Part shown: positions 1 to 13,363 of the stretch, one piece after another | How positions within the stretch are numbered: the stretch's first letter is position 1 | Layout of the letters: the number at the start of each line of letters is the position of its first letter | Origin: Protoeuglena noctilucae | Taxonomy: Eukaryota | DNA length: 64,000 bases | Direction of reading: 5' to 3' | Assembly (NCBI GenBank): GCA_958009085.1 | Contig: OY253668.1 | Coordinates: 558,001 to 622,000 of the forward strand | The notes under the pieces: model-generated | Databases searched by the model: none | What the model was told of the DNA's origin: nothing | Seen by the model: the letters and a program-made list of their open reading frames with translations, nothing else | Position numbers and translations under genes: made by a program

Positions 1-190
1 AGCGCCAGGGTCGCGGGGCAGCACGCCAGGGGGCTCATGAGCGAGGACTCCAACATCGATTAGATGGCTGCTGCTTTGAACGGCACTGACCGCCTGTAAT
101 CGAGCAACACCTCGCTTTCATCAAATGCGCAGCTTTCAGTTCTGTTGCTATGCAGCCCACTATGCAGCCCACTACGCAGCCAGCGAGAGT

Positions 191-1200
191 TCAGACCGCC
201 TTGCCCAGCAAGGTCTCGAGTGCCCACTTCTCCATGAGCTCGAGCCTGGCGAGCCTGTCATCGATCTCCTCGTCAGTCAGGACTCGGATGCCAGCTCGGA
301 GGTCGTGCCCCGTCAACTCCAGTAGCCCCTCGGGTGAGTTCAACCCCCATTCGCCCCGCCCGTCATCGTGCCTGTCCACGCCATACCTCAGCCCTTCCCA
401 CGCCTCCTGCACGGTCTCGGGCCGGGTGGCGTCCACCTCCAGCCCATGCCTCTCCAGCCAAGCCACCAGCTTGCTCCGCAGCACCTCCACCTGCACGGGC
501 TGTCACAGCGTAGCACCGTGTTATGCCCCGCTGAGACCATCGACGGCGTCAGCTGCAGCCCCCCGGATAAATCGCGACGGTCGCGCTCCACTGCGCCCAC
601 CCTGCCCGCTGCCGCTCGCCGGGTCCCGCCCCTTCTGCTGGAAGAGCGGCAGATACATGCACGACTCGACATTCAGAGCGTGCAGGAGCAGCGTGCTTAC
701 GATGAAGACGTAGACGGCGACCTCCAGGGACGGGCACCCGAGAAAATCGAAGGCACCTTCCGTCTGCGAGATTACGAGCGACTCGACTCGTATGCATGGC
801 AACGGCATGCAGGGCAGGACGGGGCGAGACGATAGGCTGCTCAGACTGCCAACCAGTGCCTCCGCTCACCGGCGCTTGGAAGCCCGGCTCGCCACTGCCC
901 TTGGCCCCGTCCAGCGCCATCACGCTCAGCGCCTGGATCCATTGCGGGCACGCGACCCACATTTTGGAGCCATTGACGCGCTCCACCATGTAGACCCCGG
1001 GACTGGGCGGCGTGTCGCGAACCGTAATGAGCTTCCCCTCGATCCTGTACTGCGACATTGAGGCCGAAGACGAGGGCGGCCTTTAGAAGCGACACGTCTA
1101 CCTCCCGCGCCAGCAAAGGCTGTCCACTCACCCCGCAATGTTGAAGTGGGGAGGCGCCCCTCCGGACATGTCCAGCACGTCCCGGGACCCAACACCTGCG
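191..1200 (-). CDS. Hypothetical multi-exon protein; 5' end not resolved
   Basis: Coding-like pieces joined by GT-AG introns (..DVLDMSGGAPPHFNIAG|IEGKLITVRDTPPSPGVYMVERVNGSK..; TEGAFDFLGCPSLEVAVYVFI; last exon VEVLRSKLVAWLERHG..LLGKAV*, stop at 191). No family motif recognised. Confidence 0.5.
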
Positions 1201-2025
1201 GAAGTGAAAGCATACGAACCGCTTCTGCAAGCTTAGAGCATGACTATCGCACATCAGCGGCCCGGCGCCTGTAGCCGGGGGGGTGCTCCATCGGGGGTTG
1301 GTCAGGGCGCATGCCAGCGAAAGCGTCGTCGATGGCTACCAGCGAGACGCCCTCATGGTCAGTGTGCGTCCTATAGCCAACGATGCGCCCCAAACCCCCG
1401 CGCCTCGCCTGTAGAGCTGGGTCAGCACTCAGCGGCCAATCGTGAGATGACGGCTCCGATGTATCGCGTCCTCCAAAGTGGACGTGGACTGGAAAATCCT
1501 CAACCTCATGTCAAGAGATTGGCGTGATGGAGCGGAAACGGCGCGACTGGCACGGCTGGCTCCTGCGTGATGGTTTCGCCTTCCCATGATCTTTTGAGAC
1601 TCTCTGACTCCCACCGGCCAGGTCCACATTCGCCAGGCAGACAATAGCGCTCCACGGCCTTCGTTGGACGCACGTGACAACATCTCAGCGTCTCAGCGCG
1701 CCCTGCGAGAGCGAAGAGCGCAGCGCGTGAAGAGATAACAACATATTCATCTTATACACTGTAGGAGGACGCTGTTCAATTGTTTAGGTGTTTCTCCGTC
1801 AGGCCCTGCGGGCATGCGGTGACCGCAGCCATGTGGGCCAGCCTCAGCCCGGGTGAGGCGCGGCTCCGCGACCTCCATGTGCCGAAATCGCGAGTGTGGT
1901 CCTTGTTCTTGCGCTGTGTAACTCGCGGACGCTAGAAGCGAGCGTACGCGGCTGTATTAGGCATATCCCTAGCCTGGCCCTGCGAGTGCTCCTGACCGGA
2001 CATCCAGCGCGGTTCCTGACCCGCC

Positions 2026-5000
2026 ATGCTCAGGAAAATGCTGCACGACATGGCACTCATCGCTGACGAGAGGGCGAAGTCGTCCATGAGGAGGGGCCAG
2101 TTCGCGATGGCCCCCACAGCTGCGCGCACCACACGGGATGGGGACGAGCGCATCACGCACAAGGATGCGCACCAAATCATCGAGGTGCATTTTCCTCTGC
2201 TCGCGTGCGGGAACCCGCGTGTCTCCGCTCGTGGCTGCTCAGCCACGCTCGCAATTGTGCCCGCAGGCCTTCGACGGCCTTCAGCGTATGGCCCAGGTGG
2301 AGAGCATCCTCGAGACGCTACAGACGACAACCAAGCGCTTCATGGATCGCCGGGGACACAAGGAACCGTTGACGCTGGATGAGCTGCGCTCCCTTGTCAG
2401 GTGCCGCACCCTCGCCCTCCACCGCACAGCACCAGGCGTGCAGGGTCAAAACCTTCACAGGCACCCACCGCCTGGTCCCGGTCAGATCAGAGATTCGCCG
2501 CCATAGTCCCATCCTGCTCCGGGTCAGATCCCCCCGCTGTCTTGTCGACGTGCTCAGGTCGTACGGCATCGAGATCCCCTCGGGCCGCGTGGCCCTCCTT
2601 CACCGGGAGCTCTGCCAGGTCGACTGCCGGGACGACGGCCGCATGGCGCTGGATCTCGTCTCTGTCGTCGAGTGCCTCATCGCCCAGAAGCTCTTCAACG
2701 TGTTTGTGCTTTACTCGACACAGACGCCTGGCGCACACTGGGCCATGAAACCGATGGCGTTCGTCAGGCGAGGGCTCCTGGGCCAGTGGATGCACATGGG
2801 GGTGACCGTGGTCTCCGATCGGGACGCAGCGACAGGATCCCTTCCATCGCAGGCTCCTGGAGGATGCCGGGTTCGTGGGTGGCGCCTCGGGCATGAAAGT
2901 CACCGTGGCCCGGGCCATCGCGTCCAGGGCGTGGCTCGGCGGGAAACCGGGGTTCGACTTCAAGGACTTCCTCGTCAACCTCGCCCGGGTGGCCAGGGCC
3001 GTGGGCATCGGGTACGACGACTTGGTCTTCGAGATGCGGCCCCTGGAGCACAGGTGGGATGGGGCCACATCGACGCTGTGCCGTGCCGTGGCCTGCTGCG
3101 GTCCTGCAATGGGACAGTTCGATTCCCGGCGCAGGCTGACGCAGGACAACCACTTCGTGCGTCTCGTGCAGCACAACCTGGTGCAGCAGTCGCAGCCCAT
3201 CCGGCAGGCGCTGCTGCGGGCGGCGGCGCAGTCGGACAAGCTCGACTTGTCGGAAGAGCACGAGCACATGAGGAGGAGGCGCATCGCTCAAAAGTGAGTC
3301 CCCAGGCGTGGCAGTCATGCTACCCTGCCACGCTTGGGCATGCCTGTGGCATGCGAGGCCGCAGTGCACTGTTTGTGTTCGTCTGCACCGTGCGTTCGTC
3401 TTTTGCACTTCGTGTGTGGTAGCTACAGCTGTTGCACCTCTCTCCTCCCACGGCGACTCGCAGGGTCATGGGCGAGCACGAGGCCAAGACCCTGCGTGCC
3501 ACCGTGGCGGACCACTGGAACGACCTCTCGGTCCTCTCGCGCCACGTTCACCGACACAGGTAAACTGCTGGCTTCGTTACAAGTTACAAGTGCAAGTCAC
3601 CACGGAGCGCTCGTCGCCACGTGCAGCAACGATGCTTGGTTCGTTCCAAGCGAGCATGAGAAGTACCCTCTCCGCCAGCGCAGGAGCATGATTCGGACGC
3701 TTGCGTTGGCCAAGAATCTGGGGGAGACTGCCGAGAGGAACAACGATGTGCGAGCCCAGGAGGCCATCCCCATCCCTGTCGCCACGTCGCCGGTGAGGAT
3801 CACTGCTTGCTTGCCAACGTCTATACGCGGTGTCCCTGCTGGCTACGTATCACTGGTAGCAATGGCCTCCGCCTGCGTCGTGACTGCAGCAGGCGACGCG
3901 CGGAGTCGTCCACCAGCCAGGCAGCGCCCTCATGTGAGTCCCGCATTCAGCCACCGCGCCGGTACCCAGCCCCGCAACACATGCGACGCCAACGTGCTCC
4001 CTGATGCTGTGCCTGCAGGACGGCCGCACTCAGCGTCTTGGCCACCAAGGGCATCCCCGTGAGCTTCGATGAGCCGGAGGGCACCGCCCCACGGGCCGTG
4101 CAGACGAGCGTCTATGGATACGCCAAGCGCCCAGCACTGCGCGTGCTGTTCGGGGGCGACGCGCGCCAGCCCGCGCCCCCCAGTCCCCGCTCTGAGCCTG
4201 AGCCTGAGCCGGCGGCACGGCCTGCCCCCTTCCCCTTCCTGGGCCTGCTGGGCGGGGGCCGGCCCCAGCCCCACACAGCGGGGAGCTCGCCTAGCCCCGA
4301 CAGAAGCGCGCACGCCCGAGTCAAGGATCCCGTGGCTGCCAAGGGCGCCCCGGTACGTCGGCATCCGCATCGCTGCGCTGTGGCAACCACCGTCTGCGGA
4401 AGAGGTGAACGATGCGCTGTGAGGGAGACGCAAGGCTAGCGAAACGGACTCGGCCTTTCCTGCAGGAAGCCTCGGTTCCGGAGGCGTCGATGGCGGATGC
4501 GGTGGCAGCGCCGGGCCCCGTGGACCCGGCAGAGAGGCGGCGGCGTGCGGCGCGGAAGCGATACGTGACCGGGACGACCTTCGCGATCGACCGGCTGTGG
4601 ACCGACCACAGGGGCTCGTTCGACGTCATGCTCAAGCGGTCCAAGGGCCTCCGCTTCCTCGTCGAGGTCTTCCAGGACCTCTGCTTCGTCGACGGTGAGT
4701 GCTGCTTGGGTGGTCTCAGATGACATGCGGCGGTGGCACAGGGCTGCCTGCTCGCATCGCATCCGATGTGCCATGCGTGGTCACCCCCACGCAGGCGGCG
4801 TGGAGCTGGTCAAGCCGGTGGGCTTTGCGCGGGCGGCACGCGCGTGTGGGTGGCCTAGGTCGGACCACGTCTTCGCCCGGTTCAGCGCCGAGCAGGGCCT
4901 CACGCCCAAGGCGGGTATGACCTTCGTGACCTTCGCGAGGGCCATCGAGTACATGAGCATCACGCACGGGATGTCCGACTTCACGGAAGTGTGCCGGGAG

Positions 5001-5186
5001 CTCCACCAGGCGCTGCTGCGGCCGAAGCTGGAGCCGCTCGACGCCGGGCCCAGGCGCAGCCGCAAGGTGTCGGCAGCTCCCGCGGCGGGGCCGGGCCGCA
5101 GTAGCCCCGCTTCGGGGTCCAAGCGCCGGGGCGATCGGCTGCACGGCGAGCGGCGCCGGTCGTCCTACGACGCGGCATCGACGTGA
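2026..5186 (+). CDS. Hypothetical multi-exon protein with weak EF-hand/p25-alpha-like helical segments (may be two genes)
   Basis: Exons MLRKMLHDM..HQIIE, AFDGLQRMAQVESILE.., SYGIEIPSGRV.., GFDFKDFLVNLARVA.., RYVTGTTFAIDRLW..FQDLCFVD, ..GMTFVTFARAIEYMS..AAST* are separated by GT..AG introns. The middle (3500-4450) is low-complexity and uncertain. Confidence 0.5.
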
Positions 5187-5341
5187 AGCGGAGGCAACTG
5201 CTTCATTCCCATGCCATGTCATGATGGTCCGAGTGACGCTCGCTCATCTGCGACGTCAGCTTGTCTGAGCGCCCTGCGCCTGATAGGTCCGTCACACTTC
5301 AACACATAGAGGGCATGGCTGGTCACCGACCCACCCACCCG

Positions 5342-7194
5342 TCAGTCCATGCGCCTCACGAAGGCCCGCTTGTTCGCCCCTCGGAGGCCGTTCACGAACG
5401 TTTGCGCTGGGTACGGCTTCTTCCCTGGCAGTTGAACCTCGGTCACTCGCAAGCCATCCTGCAGACATGGCACCACATGACTGTGACGGTAGACAAGAGC
5501 GCCTCGGCTGTCGATGACCCAAAGCCCCTGGCCGCGTCATTTGCGACAATCAGAACTCCATGTTCCACGATGCACGCACAAAGCACAGTCACAGTGCCCG
5601 TTGCCACCGCGCCTTGATCCCAAACGCACCTGCCCGCAAGGCACCACGATCGCCTTCTTCTCCAAGCACACTTCCCACATGCCAGGTGCCGCGGGGGTCC
5701 CCGTGTGCCCAGGCACGACCTCCGACGAAAGGACTTTGACCTCCACTTCTTCCGGGTCGGACATGTCTCTGCATGGGCAGATGAGATGACGCGCCGGGTG
5801 CGATGGCGATGGCAGCGTATCGGGGCCACTGCTGCAGTAGAGTGATTGATAAACTCGCAGCTGCTCTACAGTCCATGAGATCGATCGTCACCCGTTGGTC
5901 AGGATGAGCGTGCCCGTGGTCCCTGGCCACCCCACAAACGCCCGCACTTTGTCGTGGACCACCTTGGCTGGCAAGTGCCAGTGCAGAACCCCGTCCTCCC
6001 GGCCCATCTTGGCCGCGTGCGTGACCTGCATTCCAGTCGCTTGCGGGATCATTACTTGCAGCATTGCGCCATCCAGTCATCAAGACACGTCAGCCCCTGC
6101 GCAGCTCGGCTGCCGCGAACGCGACGGTCGCCACATGCACTCCAAACCTCGCTTTGCCGCGTCACCTGCTCTTCGCCTTGCGGCCGAGCGTCCTTTTCCG
6201 TTATCTCCCCCGCCAGCACCCCCGGGAGTCGATCCAGAAGCATGCCCATGCCCTTGACCATCATCCGCTCCAACAGATCAGGCGCCCTCTCGTCGCTGCG
6301 AAGCGGCTCCGAGTGCTGCGCCAAGATGGGCCCTGCGAGGCACACCGCACCGACCTGTCTCACGGATGGACTGAGCAATGCATCGGTCGCCCGCACGCCA
6401 AGCGCCAAGCAGCCCCCTGCTGCCCTTGCGCCCGCAGGTCGCAAGCAGTGACTCTGCGCAGTTCACCGGCGTCCATCTTGAGCACCGTGTACACCAGCGA
6501 CACCCCGACCACGTCGTCGCCCGCCTCAATGGCGCGGGGCACGGGCGCCGCGCCGCGCCAGCGCGGGAGCAGCGACGGGTGGACGTTGAGGGTGCCGCGA
6601 CGGGGGATGGCCAGGAACCGCTTGGGAAGGAAGTTGCCGTACGCCACCGTGATGCACAGGTCGGGGGCCAGGCCCTCCAGTTGGTCCAGAAAGGCCGACT
6701 CGGATGCCTTCTCTGGGCACTGCAGGCAGTAAATATCCGCCTCCTCTCACCGCCAGCGGCTTCCTGCAAGCAAAGCGCATCGGATGAAAGCGATTCGCGC
6801 GTGCGCTCACCAGGATGCGGTCGGCGGGGACGCCCCTTGCCTCGGCCAAAGCCTGCACGGACGAGGGCTGCACCTTCTTGCCGCGGCCCTTGGCCCGGGG
6901 CGGCTGCGTCACAATCGCGGCCACCTCGTACGTGGACTCCGGGCGGGAGGCTGCGGATTATATTGACGGGGCGCGGTGTGGGGACCAAGCGACGTGTGGC
7001 ACACTCCACGGCACTGAGCGGGTTCTTGACCCATTCGGGCAGCGCCGCTCACCGGCATCGAGCAGCATCTCGAGTGTCTTTGCGGCGACGTCCGGCGTCC
7101 CCAGGAAAACGACCTTGTTGGGCTTGGACGCCAGGCAGCGGGTCTGGGTGCGGGCGGAGCGCGCACCAAGAGCGCTCCGTCGTGATGCAAACAT
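5342..7194 (-). CDS. FMT: Methionyl-tRNA formyltransferase, organellar
   Basis: Transit-like N-terminus MFASRRSALGARSAR, then VVFLGTPDVA, AIVTQPP, DLCITVAYGNFLP, TLNVHPSLLPRWRGAAPV, KMDA|GPIL, HDKVRAFVGWPGT, and last exon EVQLPGKKP..FVNG..RRMD* (TGA at 5342-5344). Confidence 0.95.
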
Positions 7195-7958
7195 GAGCCC
7201 TGCAAATGCGCATCCCAGCGTCTGTCCGCAACGTGTGGGGGCGACAGCATCGCTGGCTAGAGACCAGACACCAGTCGCATAGCATGCCCGCGGTTATCGG
7301 CTCTCACCCGGGCACCCGCGCGATGGGGCCCCCTTTGAGCAAGCGCCATGCACATGCTTGGCGCCGATCAAAGCATGTATCCGGGTTTGAAGGAGCATCG
7401 GACGCCTGGACGCCGCGGAGGCAGCCACGGACTTGAAGGCTGCTGCGCTCATTGGGCGGGTCTTCCCAGCGAGATGCCGCCGTCAGCAAGATGTGCTAGT
7501 TACGTTGACAGGGAATTCAGGGCTCACTGCACGGCAAGCATCGCCAAGAAGGAGGAATCCTGATGCGCGCAGGTTTTGTGGCGCTGGCGGCAGCGATGCA
7601 CGAGGCAGTGGAACCGATGCGACAAGTTGGTCTGTGACCTTCCTTCTGCATCGCCTGATGGGTCCTTGGCATGCTGAGATGGGCTGAACAAGGGGGTGCT
7701 GGTCTGACGCAAGAACTGGCTTGTCCGTCCCCGCGCCGCCTCGCATCGAGACACATATCCGCGTCATCCACTTTGCAAGCGCCTCCTGTTCCTGCTCAGA
7801 GACTTTCTCCCGCGTGGGGACTTTGCACAGCTTCGAAGCCTGCCAGGTCCGCGTCACGGGCCCGATTTGGACGTCGTGCGCTGCCCCCGTGTATCAGTGG
7901 TCACAGTCAAGCCTTGCAGGCCCTCGCTCTGGCCCCTGCGGGGCCGTGCGCGTGAGCC

Positions 7959-10900
7959 ATGGCGCTCTTGATCCCCACGCCCGAGTCTTTCGTCGAGATT
8001 CACCTGAAGGACCTCCCGGAGGACCCCCAGACAATTATCAATGTCCTCGGTGAGCTGATGCCGATGCAGGGGGGCGAATTCACCTGCAACCAGGGCAGGG
8101 ACCGGCATATGCGTGGCCAGCCCCCTGCCACGCTTCCTGCGCGAGCGTCGCCTGGAGCGGCGCTTTTTTGATAGCAGCGGATCGAGTTTTTATTTGGCTT
8201 GCTGTCCACCTATTCAGCGGCCCTCCTGTCTCTCAGGACGCTCCCCCTCCCCGCAGTGCAAGAGATCGCCCCGATGGAGTGCTGGTACGCCGTGGTGCAG
8301 GCGTACATGCACGCGGGGGACCCAGTGAAGGTGCAGGGTCTCGTCCGCATCATCGTCGACCTGCTGCAGTCCCCCGACGCGAAGGAAGCGTACGGCGAGG
8401 CGGTCGTGGTGTCCGCCCAGGTCCAATTCCTCTGCGGCTACGCCCATTACCTGCTCTGTCTCATCAAGTCGCACCAGAACATGAGCGAGGCTGAGCGCAC
8501 GAACGCCCTCGTCGAGGCGAGGGCCGGCTGCAGCACGCTCGCATGCACAGGCGCCCCTGCTGGAGCGCCCCTGCCCGAGTCCCCATCGCCGACCCTCCCG
8601 CGCCGTGTACCCGCAGGCGCACGCCCGAGCGAAGAGCGCGGAGGAGTTGGACCAGAAGGATCAGCTCCCGAAGGTCACGCTGGCCCTGTGGCACCTCGCT
8701 AAGAACGAACTGGAGCGTGCCGAGAAGCTCCTCAGGTGCCCGATGGCCTCATGTGTACCGTTTACCTGCCTAATGCTGAACTCCGCTGCCTCTTGTCCCG
8801 ATGCGTCGACGGCCGCCAACCCCGCCCGGGCTGCGTTGGGTCGCAGGCAGGCTGTCCCGCTCAAGTGCCGCGGCGAGATGAGCGTCCTGGCGCTGGTGGC
8901 TCTGGCCGGGGTGCAGTTCCGAATGGAGAGACACAAGGCGGCACTGCAGTCCTACGCCAAGGTGCTGGAGGTGAGAGCTAAGCTATCAAGCCATCGCACG
9001 CACGATGCTCGACTTTGCCCCTGGCCTGCCGTGCTGGTTGGTGCCCAGAGCGCGAGTTGCCAGCAGCGCAGGCATCGGGGTTTTTGCTCTAAATTCCCAA
9101 CCGTCTCGCGACCTGAGCACCAGGGTGTGGGTGGGCTGTTGGCGACGTCTCGTCTTTGCGCCTCGTCCCGCAGAGGTGCCCCCAGTGCCCCGTGGACGTC
9201 CGCACCATGCTGGGCGTGTGCCACGTCAAGCTCGGCGACTTCAACGCCGCCCGGGCGTGCTTCCTCCGGGCGCTGGAGCTCGACCCGCGCAGCCTGGACG
9301 CCACGCTGGGCATCGCCGTGCTGGACATGAACAGCGGGGACCCCCGGGCGCGGTCCCGGGCCCTGGAGGCGCTCGTGCAGGCGTTTGCGGTGGAGCCCGC
9401 GCACCCGGGCCTGCTGTCCGTGCTGGCCGGCGAGGCGCTGGGCATGGAGGACTTCGAAAGGGCCGGGGCATTGGCGGACGCCGCCGCTTCGATGTTCGAG
9501 CAGGCGGCCGCCGGGGGGTCGCGCGAGGCGCAGTCGTTCCTGGCCGAGGCGACGTGCGTGGGGGGCCGGGCTAGGCACGCGATGGGGGACTTCACCAACG
9601 CCGCGCTGCTATACCAAAAGGCCTCGAGCCTACCAGGGCTGCCCCGCCGGCCGCTTCTGGCGCTGCTGGGGATGAGCCAGATGTTCCTGCGGCAGAGCCA
9701 CGTCAGGGACGCCGCGACCAACGCCGTGGGTGCCTTGGAGCAAGTTCTGGCACAGGTGAGGGTGCCCGCCACACGCACCATGCCCATGGTGTGAGGCATG
9801 CTGCCCTGTTGCAGCGTCGGGCCGACACCTCGCCGCCCACATTGGCGTTTCTGCAACGCCGCTCTAGTCCACACCTCGCTGCCGCCCTCGCTTGGCGTGC
9901 GCACCTCACATGCGACACTGACCCGCGCATTTCTGCTCCCAGGCGCCTCTGGACGCGGACGTGCTCGAGATGCTCGCCCCCCTGTACCACCGCAACCCGC
10001 TCCTCATCCCCAAGCTCGCCTCGCACGTGGCCGGCCAGAGCCTCGCCAAGGCGCGGACCGTCAAGTCTCTCGAGGTGGTCGCGGAGCTCCTCGCTTCCAC
10101 CGACCTGAGGGCAGCCGCCGCCGCCCTCGACGCCGCCACGGAGCGCGCGAGGGCGCAGGAGGCTACCCAGGGCCCCTACCCGGGCATGCACAAGCTGCTG
10201 AACAACGCGGCGGTGGTGCGCGCGCGGCTGGGCGAGTCCACCCGCGCCGCCGCCCTCCTCGACCAGGCCATCGAGGTCGCCGCCCGCGCCGACCCCCCGG
10301 TCCCCGCCGGCGCCCATTTCCTGCTCGGCTTCAACCGAGCCGTCCTGCACGAGCTGGCCGGGGAGCTCGCCCCGGCCGCCGACACGTACCGGCGCATGAT
10401 CTCCGAGTTCCCCGCCTACGCCGACGCGTACGTCCGGCTGGCCGGGGTCGAGCACCGCACCCGGGGCGCCGCGGCGGCGTCGGAGGTCCTGGCACGGGGC
10501 CTGGCCGTGGACGCCCTGGCCACCGACGCGTCGCTGCTGTGCAGCGAGGCGCGCATGCTCGAGGAGCTGCGGGACTACGCCGGAGCCGAGGCGCTGCTCA
10601 AGCGCGCCGCGGACGCCCTCCCCCGCGGGCGCGACGACCCCTACGTGCAGGTCCTCCGCGGCAACCTGTCCCTGCACGCCGTGCCGACGGTGCGGGACAA
10701 GGCCGACGAGGAGAGGGTCGACAAGCTGGTGGGCGTGGCGGCCGGGCACTACGCCCGGGCGCTCAAGAACGACCCGAACAACGTCTTCGCGGCCAGCGGG
10801 CTCGCGGCGGCCATGGCCCTGTCCGGGGAGTTCCAGGAGGCCCAGGCGGCCCTGGCGCAGGTGACGATGGAATTGTGCTAGATGACAGTGCTGGGACTGG

Positions 10901-13139
10901 GGGTTTCGGTCCCTGTGTTTTGTCCCAAGCGCTGTGTCCAAGGGTCGAAGCACGCACTCACATGCGGCACTCGTTGTTCCTGCTGCCATGGTCGGAGACA
11001 CGGCATCACACACACGGCCTCACACGCACAGCGTCACACGCACAGCCTCACACACACACCACCACTGTCGCTCCCCAGGTCACGGAGGCCGTGGCTGTCG
11101 AGGGCACTGCCCCAGCGCCGCAGGCCGTCCTCAACGCGGGGGCGTGCTCCCTCGCCCTCGACGACCTCCAAGCGGCCGTCAAGACCCTCGACACGGCAGC
11201 CAGGTGAGGGGAGGGTGTCTGGCAATCGACAATGTTGCAGGGCGTGCGATGGGATGCGGGCCGGCGCAGCAGGCAGGCCGAGCCCCGTCTTGCATGGCAG
11301 CAAGGGATACGCGGTAATTGGGAACAGATATCTGCCATGGCAGCGTGGGGAACAGCAAAGCAGCAGTGCCCTGCCCGCCCCCGCCGTCAGCAATCGGCTT
11401 TCTCGTGGCCCCGCCGCAGGCGCAACATGAACGGCCTCGACGTGCGATCGATTCTCTTTTTGGGCCGCGCCCTCTACGACTCTGAGCGCATGGAGGAGGC
11501 CAAGAGGCTGATGGCTGCGGCCGTGCACCTGCACCCCCACAACCACGTGCTGCAGTTCAACGCGGCCATGTGCATGCAGAAGAGCGCCACGAGTCGACTG
11601 GACCGAATGAGGAAGCTCAAGGCCTTCACTCCCGTCGAGGCCGCGGCCGGTGAGCGGGTGCTGGGACATGCCCGTGTGCGGCAGCATCAGTCGGCATGTC
11701 TTACGTGCTTGTGCTTGCATAAGTCGGCATTTGACTCACCGCGCCCTGCCAGTGGCGACAACGACAGTGCAGTCACTGGATGTCATTTCCCGCATATGTC
11801 GCCACGCTTGCGCATGTACAAACGACGCGCTCCACCCCACGTGGCCCCCTGCAGCGGACCAAGCGACCGAGGACCTCGCCCGGGCCCTCAAGCTCTTCAT
11901 CGGCCTGCAGGACATCGCCCAGGTCAACAAGCACGTCCAGAAAGACCTCAAGCATTTGAAATCACACATCGACTTCTGCAGCGACGTGAGGGGCAGTATA
12001 AGGCGTGCTTTGCTTGTATGGCTTGCTCTCGGGACCCATGCCGGCAGATGGTATGGTTGATGCCGGTCTTGTGTACCTTGTCCTTCGATGGTGGGCAGCT
12101 GAGGAGGCGTGGTTGCGGTGCGGGTGCCACGCGCACGCAGTGGCCACGAGCGTCGTCTGCGAACGCCCTCGGCCCCTTTGGTTTGAGCCAAGGAGCCTCG
12201 TAATGCCTTAACGTCGTCCCTCCTCGTCTCGCAGGCCGTGTCGAAGGCCCTCAAGTACCGGGAGCAGGCACAGGCGGCGATGCGAGACCTGGACACCCAG
12301 CGCGCACGCATGGAGTGTGAGCGGATGGCCTTGGAGGCCCAGAGGAAGCTGGACGTGATGCTGGAGCAAAAGGCGGCGGAGGCGAAGCGCGCTAGGGTGG
12401 ACGAGCGGCTGAGGGAGATGCAGAGGAAGCAGGAGGCGTTGACGGAGCAGCTGCGGATGGGCGACGGCGGGGGCGCGGGGAAGGACGGGGCGGGGGAGGA
12501 GAAGGAGAGGGAGCGGACGAAGGGGCGGAAGCGGAAGGGATCTGCCGTGGAGGATGGGGAGGAGCGGGGTGGGAGTGCAATGGAGCGGTGAGTGGGCGGT
12601 TGTTGAGACGAGGGTGGGGGGTCGTGGTCAGGGTCTATGGCAAAAGTGTGTGCAAAGTGTTGCGACGAATGGAGGGTCTATCCAGTGAATGTATCGTATA
12701 TCGTGCGATCTCGCTTGTGCGCAGGGATGTGGGGTCTGAGGCGGGGGCGGAGGGTGGGGAGGGTCGTGGCGACGAGGGCGGAGAGGGCACAGGGGCTGGC
12801 GGGGGAGGGGGAGAGGCCGGGGAGGGTGGGGATTTGGCGGACGTGGATGACGAGGAGTTGATGCGGCAGGCGGGTCTGCTGGGTGAGTGCTGGCGGGCGG
12901 TGCTTGCTGAAGGTGAGGCTCACTGAGCGAGGCTGCATCACCCGAGTGAGGATTGATCGCTGTTTCTATTCCAATTATGCGCAGATGACGACGATGAGGA
13001 CATGGATCAAGGGGCGGCTGCTGTGGGTTCCCAAGGGGATGCAGACGGCGGGGGCGATCGAGCGGGCGAGGAGGGCGGGGAGGTGCAGGCGGGGGAGGGA
13101 GTGGCCAAGAGGCGACGCGTGCTGGATGACGACGAATAG
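7959..13139 (+). CDS. CTR9: RNA polymerase-associated protein CTR9 homologue (PAF1 complex TPR scaffold; plant VIP6-like)
   Basis: N-terminus LLIPTPESFVEIHLKDLPEDPQTIINVL..EIAPMECW resembles CTR9. Many TPRs, CPQCPVDVRTMLGVC, FPAYADAYVRLA, ALKNDPNNVFAASGLA, PHNHVLQFNAA, then a coiled coil and an acidic/basic tail ending KRRRVLDDDE* (TAG 13137-13139). Confidence 0.88.
11005..11062. repeat. Degenerate CA-rich microsatellite in a CTR9 intron
   Basis: Runs of cacacac/cacgcac units (acacacacggcctcacacgcacagcgtcacacgcacagcctcacacacacac). Confidence 0.7.
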
Positions 13140-13211
13140 CAGTCGCTGCATTGCGACGACGAATAGGAGTCGCTCTGCTGGTCTGTTCCGACGAGGCGCG
13201 ACGTCATTGCG

Positions 13212-13216
13212 TGTAA
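13212..13216 (+). promoter_or_regulatory. Putative green-algal polyadenylation signal TGTAA for CTR9
   Basis: TGTAA about 73 nt downstream of the CTR9 stop. UGUAA is the established Chlamydomonas-type signal. Confidence 0.55.
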
Positions 13217-13363
13217 AGAATGGGCTTGGTGCTGAAGTGGCGTTGAAGTGGTGTTGAGATAAACAGCCAGGGATGCGAGGCGCAGCGGCACCAGGCACGT
13301 TCTATGGCAGCGCAAGGGACGACGGGGTACATGAGAGTCGGACGTGTGTGATATCGTGAGGGG

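Noticed and set aside
149..182. 12-bp tandem unit ctatgcagccca, about three copies
   Set aside because: Short slippage-type duplication in a 3' UTR; no evidence of function.
7483..7857. 124-aa minus-strand ORF between FMT and CTR9
   Set aside because: Non-ATG start, no motif and weak codon bias; probably divergent promoter/UTR sequence.
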